A stretch of 64,000 nt of DNA from Dehalococcoidia bacterium. GTDB lineage: Bacteria; Chloroflexota; Dehalococcoidia; Plut-88900. The notes below the pieces were generated by a model that was not told where the DNA came from, searched no databases, and saw only the letters and a program-made list of their open reading frames with translations. Location of the stretch: the NCBI GenBank assembly GCA_965197645.1, contig OZ240219.1:1216001-1280000 (forward strand), given 5' to 3'. Shown one piece after another: positions 63,839-64,000 of the stretch. Numbering within the stretch: the stretch's first letter is position 1; each line of letters opens with the position of its first letter. Made by a program: the position numbers and the translations under genes.

Positions 63839-63950
63839 AGGGCTTCGCCCCTCTGGACGTCCACGCACCCGTCCAGTATTAACCCCACCCCGGGTTGTTT
63901 TACCCGCCCTCCCGCCCTGGATTGCATCCACCGGCTCCCCTCCCCAAGAT
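63838..63950. repeat. Repeat modules (copy J)
   Basis: AGAGGGCTTCGCCCCTCTGGAC and GGATTGCATCCACCGGCTCCCC. Confidence 0.6.
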
Positions 63951-64000
63951 TTTGCCAATCTTCCCACGCTTCTGAGGGTTGCAATTAAGAGGCACATCCT

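Overview
GC-rich bacterial chromosome segment. It is most consistent with Chloroflexota, class Dehalococcoidia (SAR202-like). That placement is inference from four family-III CoA-transferases, an LLM oxidoreductase, two amidohydrolases, F420 genes cofD/cofC, the rpmF-fabD-fabG-nusB-acpP order, an ECF sigma/DUF5667-like anti-sigma pair and a plant-type LRR lipoprotein. The window holds about 55 CDSs, one tRNA-Gln(TTG), no CRISPR array, no rRNA and no intact transposase. Housekeeping genes (apt, uvrB, accD-accA fusion, ftsK, rnj, udg, fab, ruvB, rimI, cofD/C) alternate with accessory catabolic clusters. Main leads: (1) a TetR-headed operon with a 26-bp palindromic operator encoding an ATP-dependent 'archerase'/2-hydroxyacyl-CoA-dehydratase-like Fe-S machine of unknown substrate, followed by a small Cys-rich ORF; (2) a dense modular family of palindromic intergenic repeats (about 10 loci) with a 3 x ~260-bp tandem array and nested insertions; (3) an LRR gene followed by a silent, out-of-frame second C-cap; (4) a dehydrogenase with altered catalytic residues in a kinase/aldolase operon; (5) an Mrp/ApbC lacking its CPxC motif; (6) a four-hairpin leader upstream of udg-rnj-ftsK. 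Two genes are missing from the ORF track: a Panacea/DUF4065 antitoxin at the left edge and rpmF. All family calls come from motif recognition by eye, not database searches.
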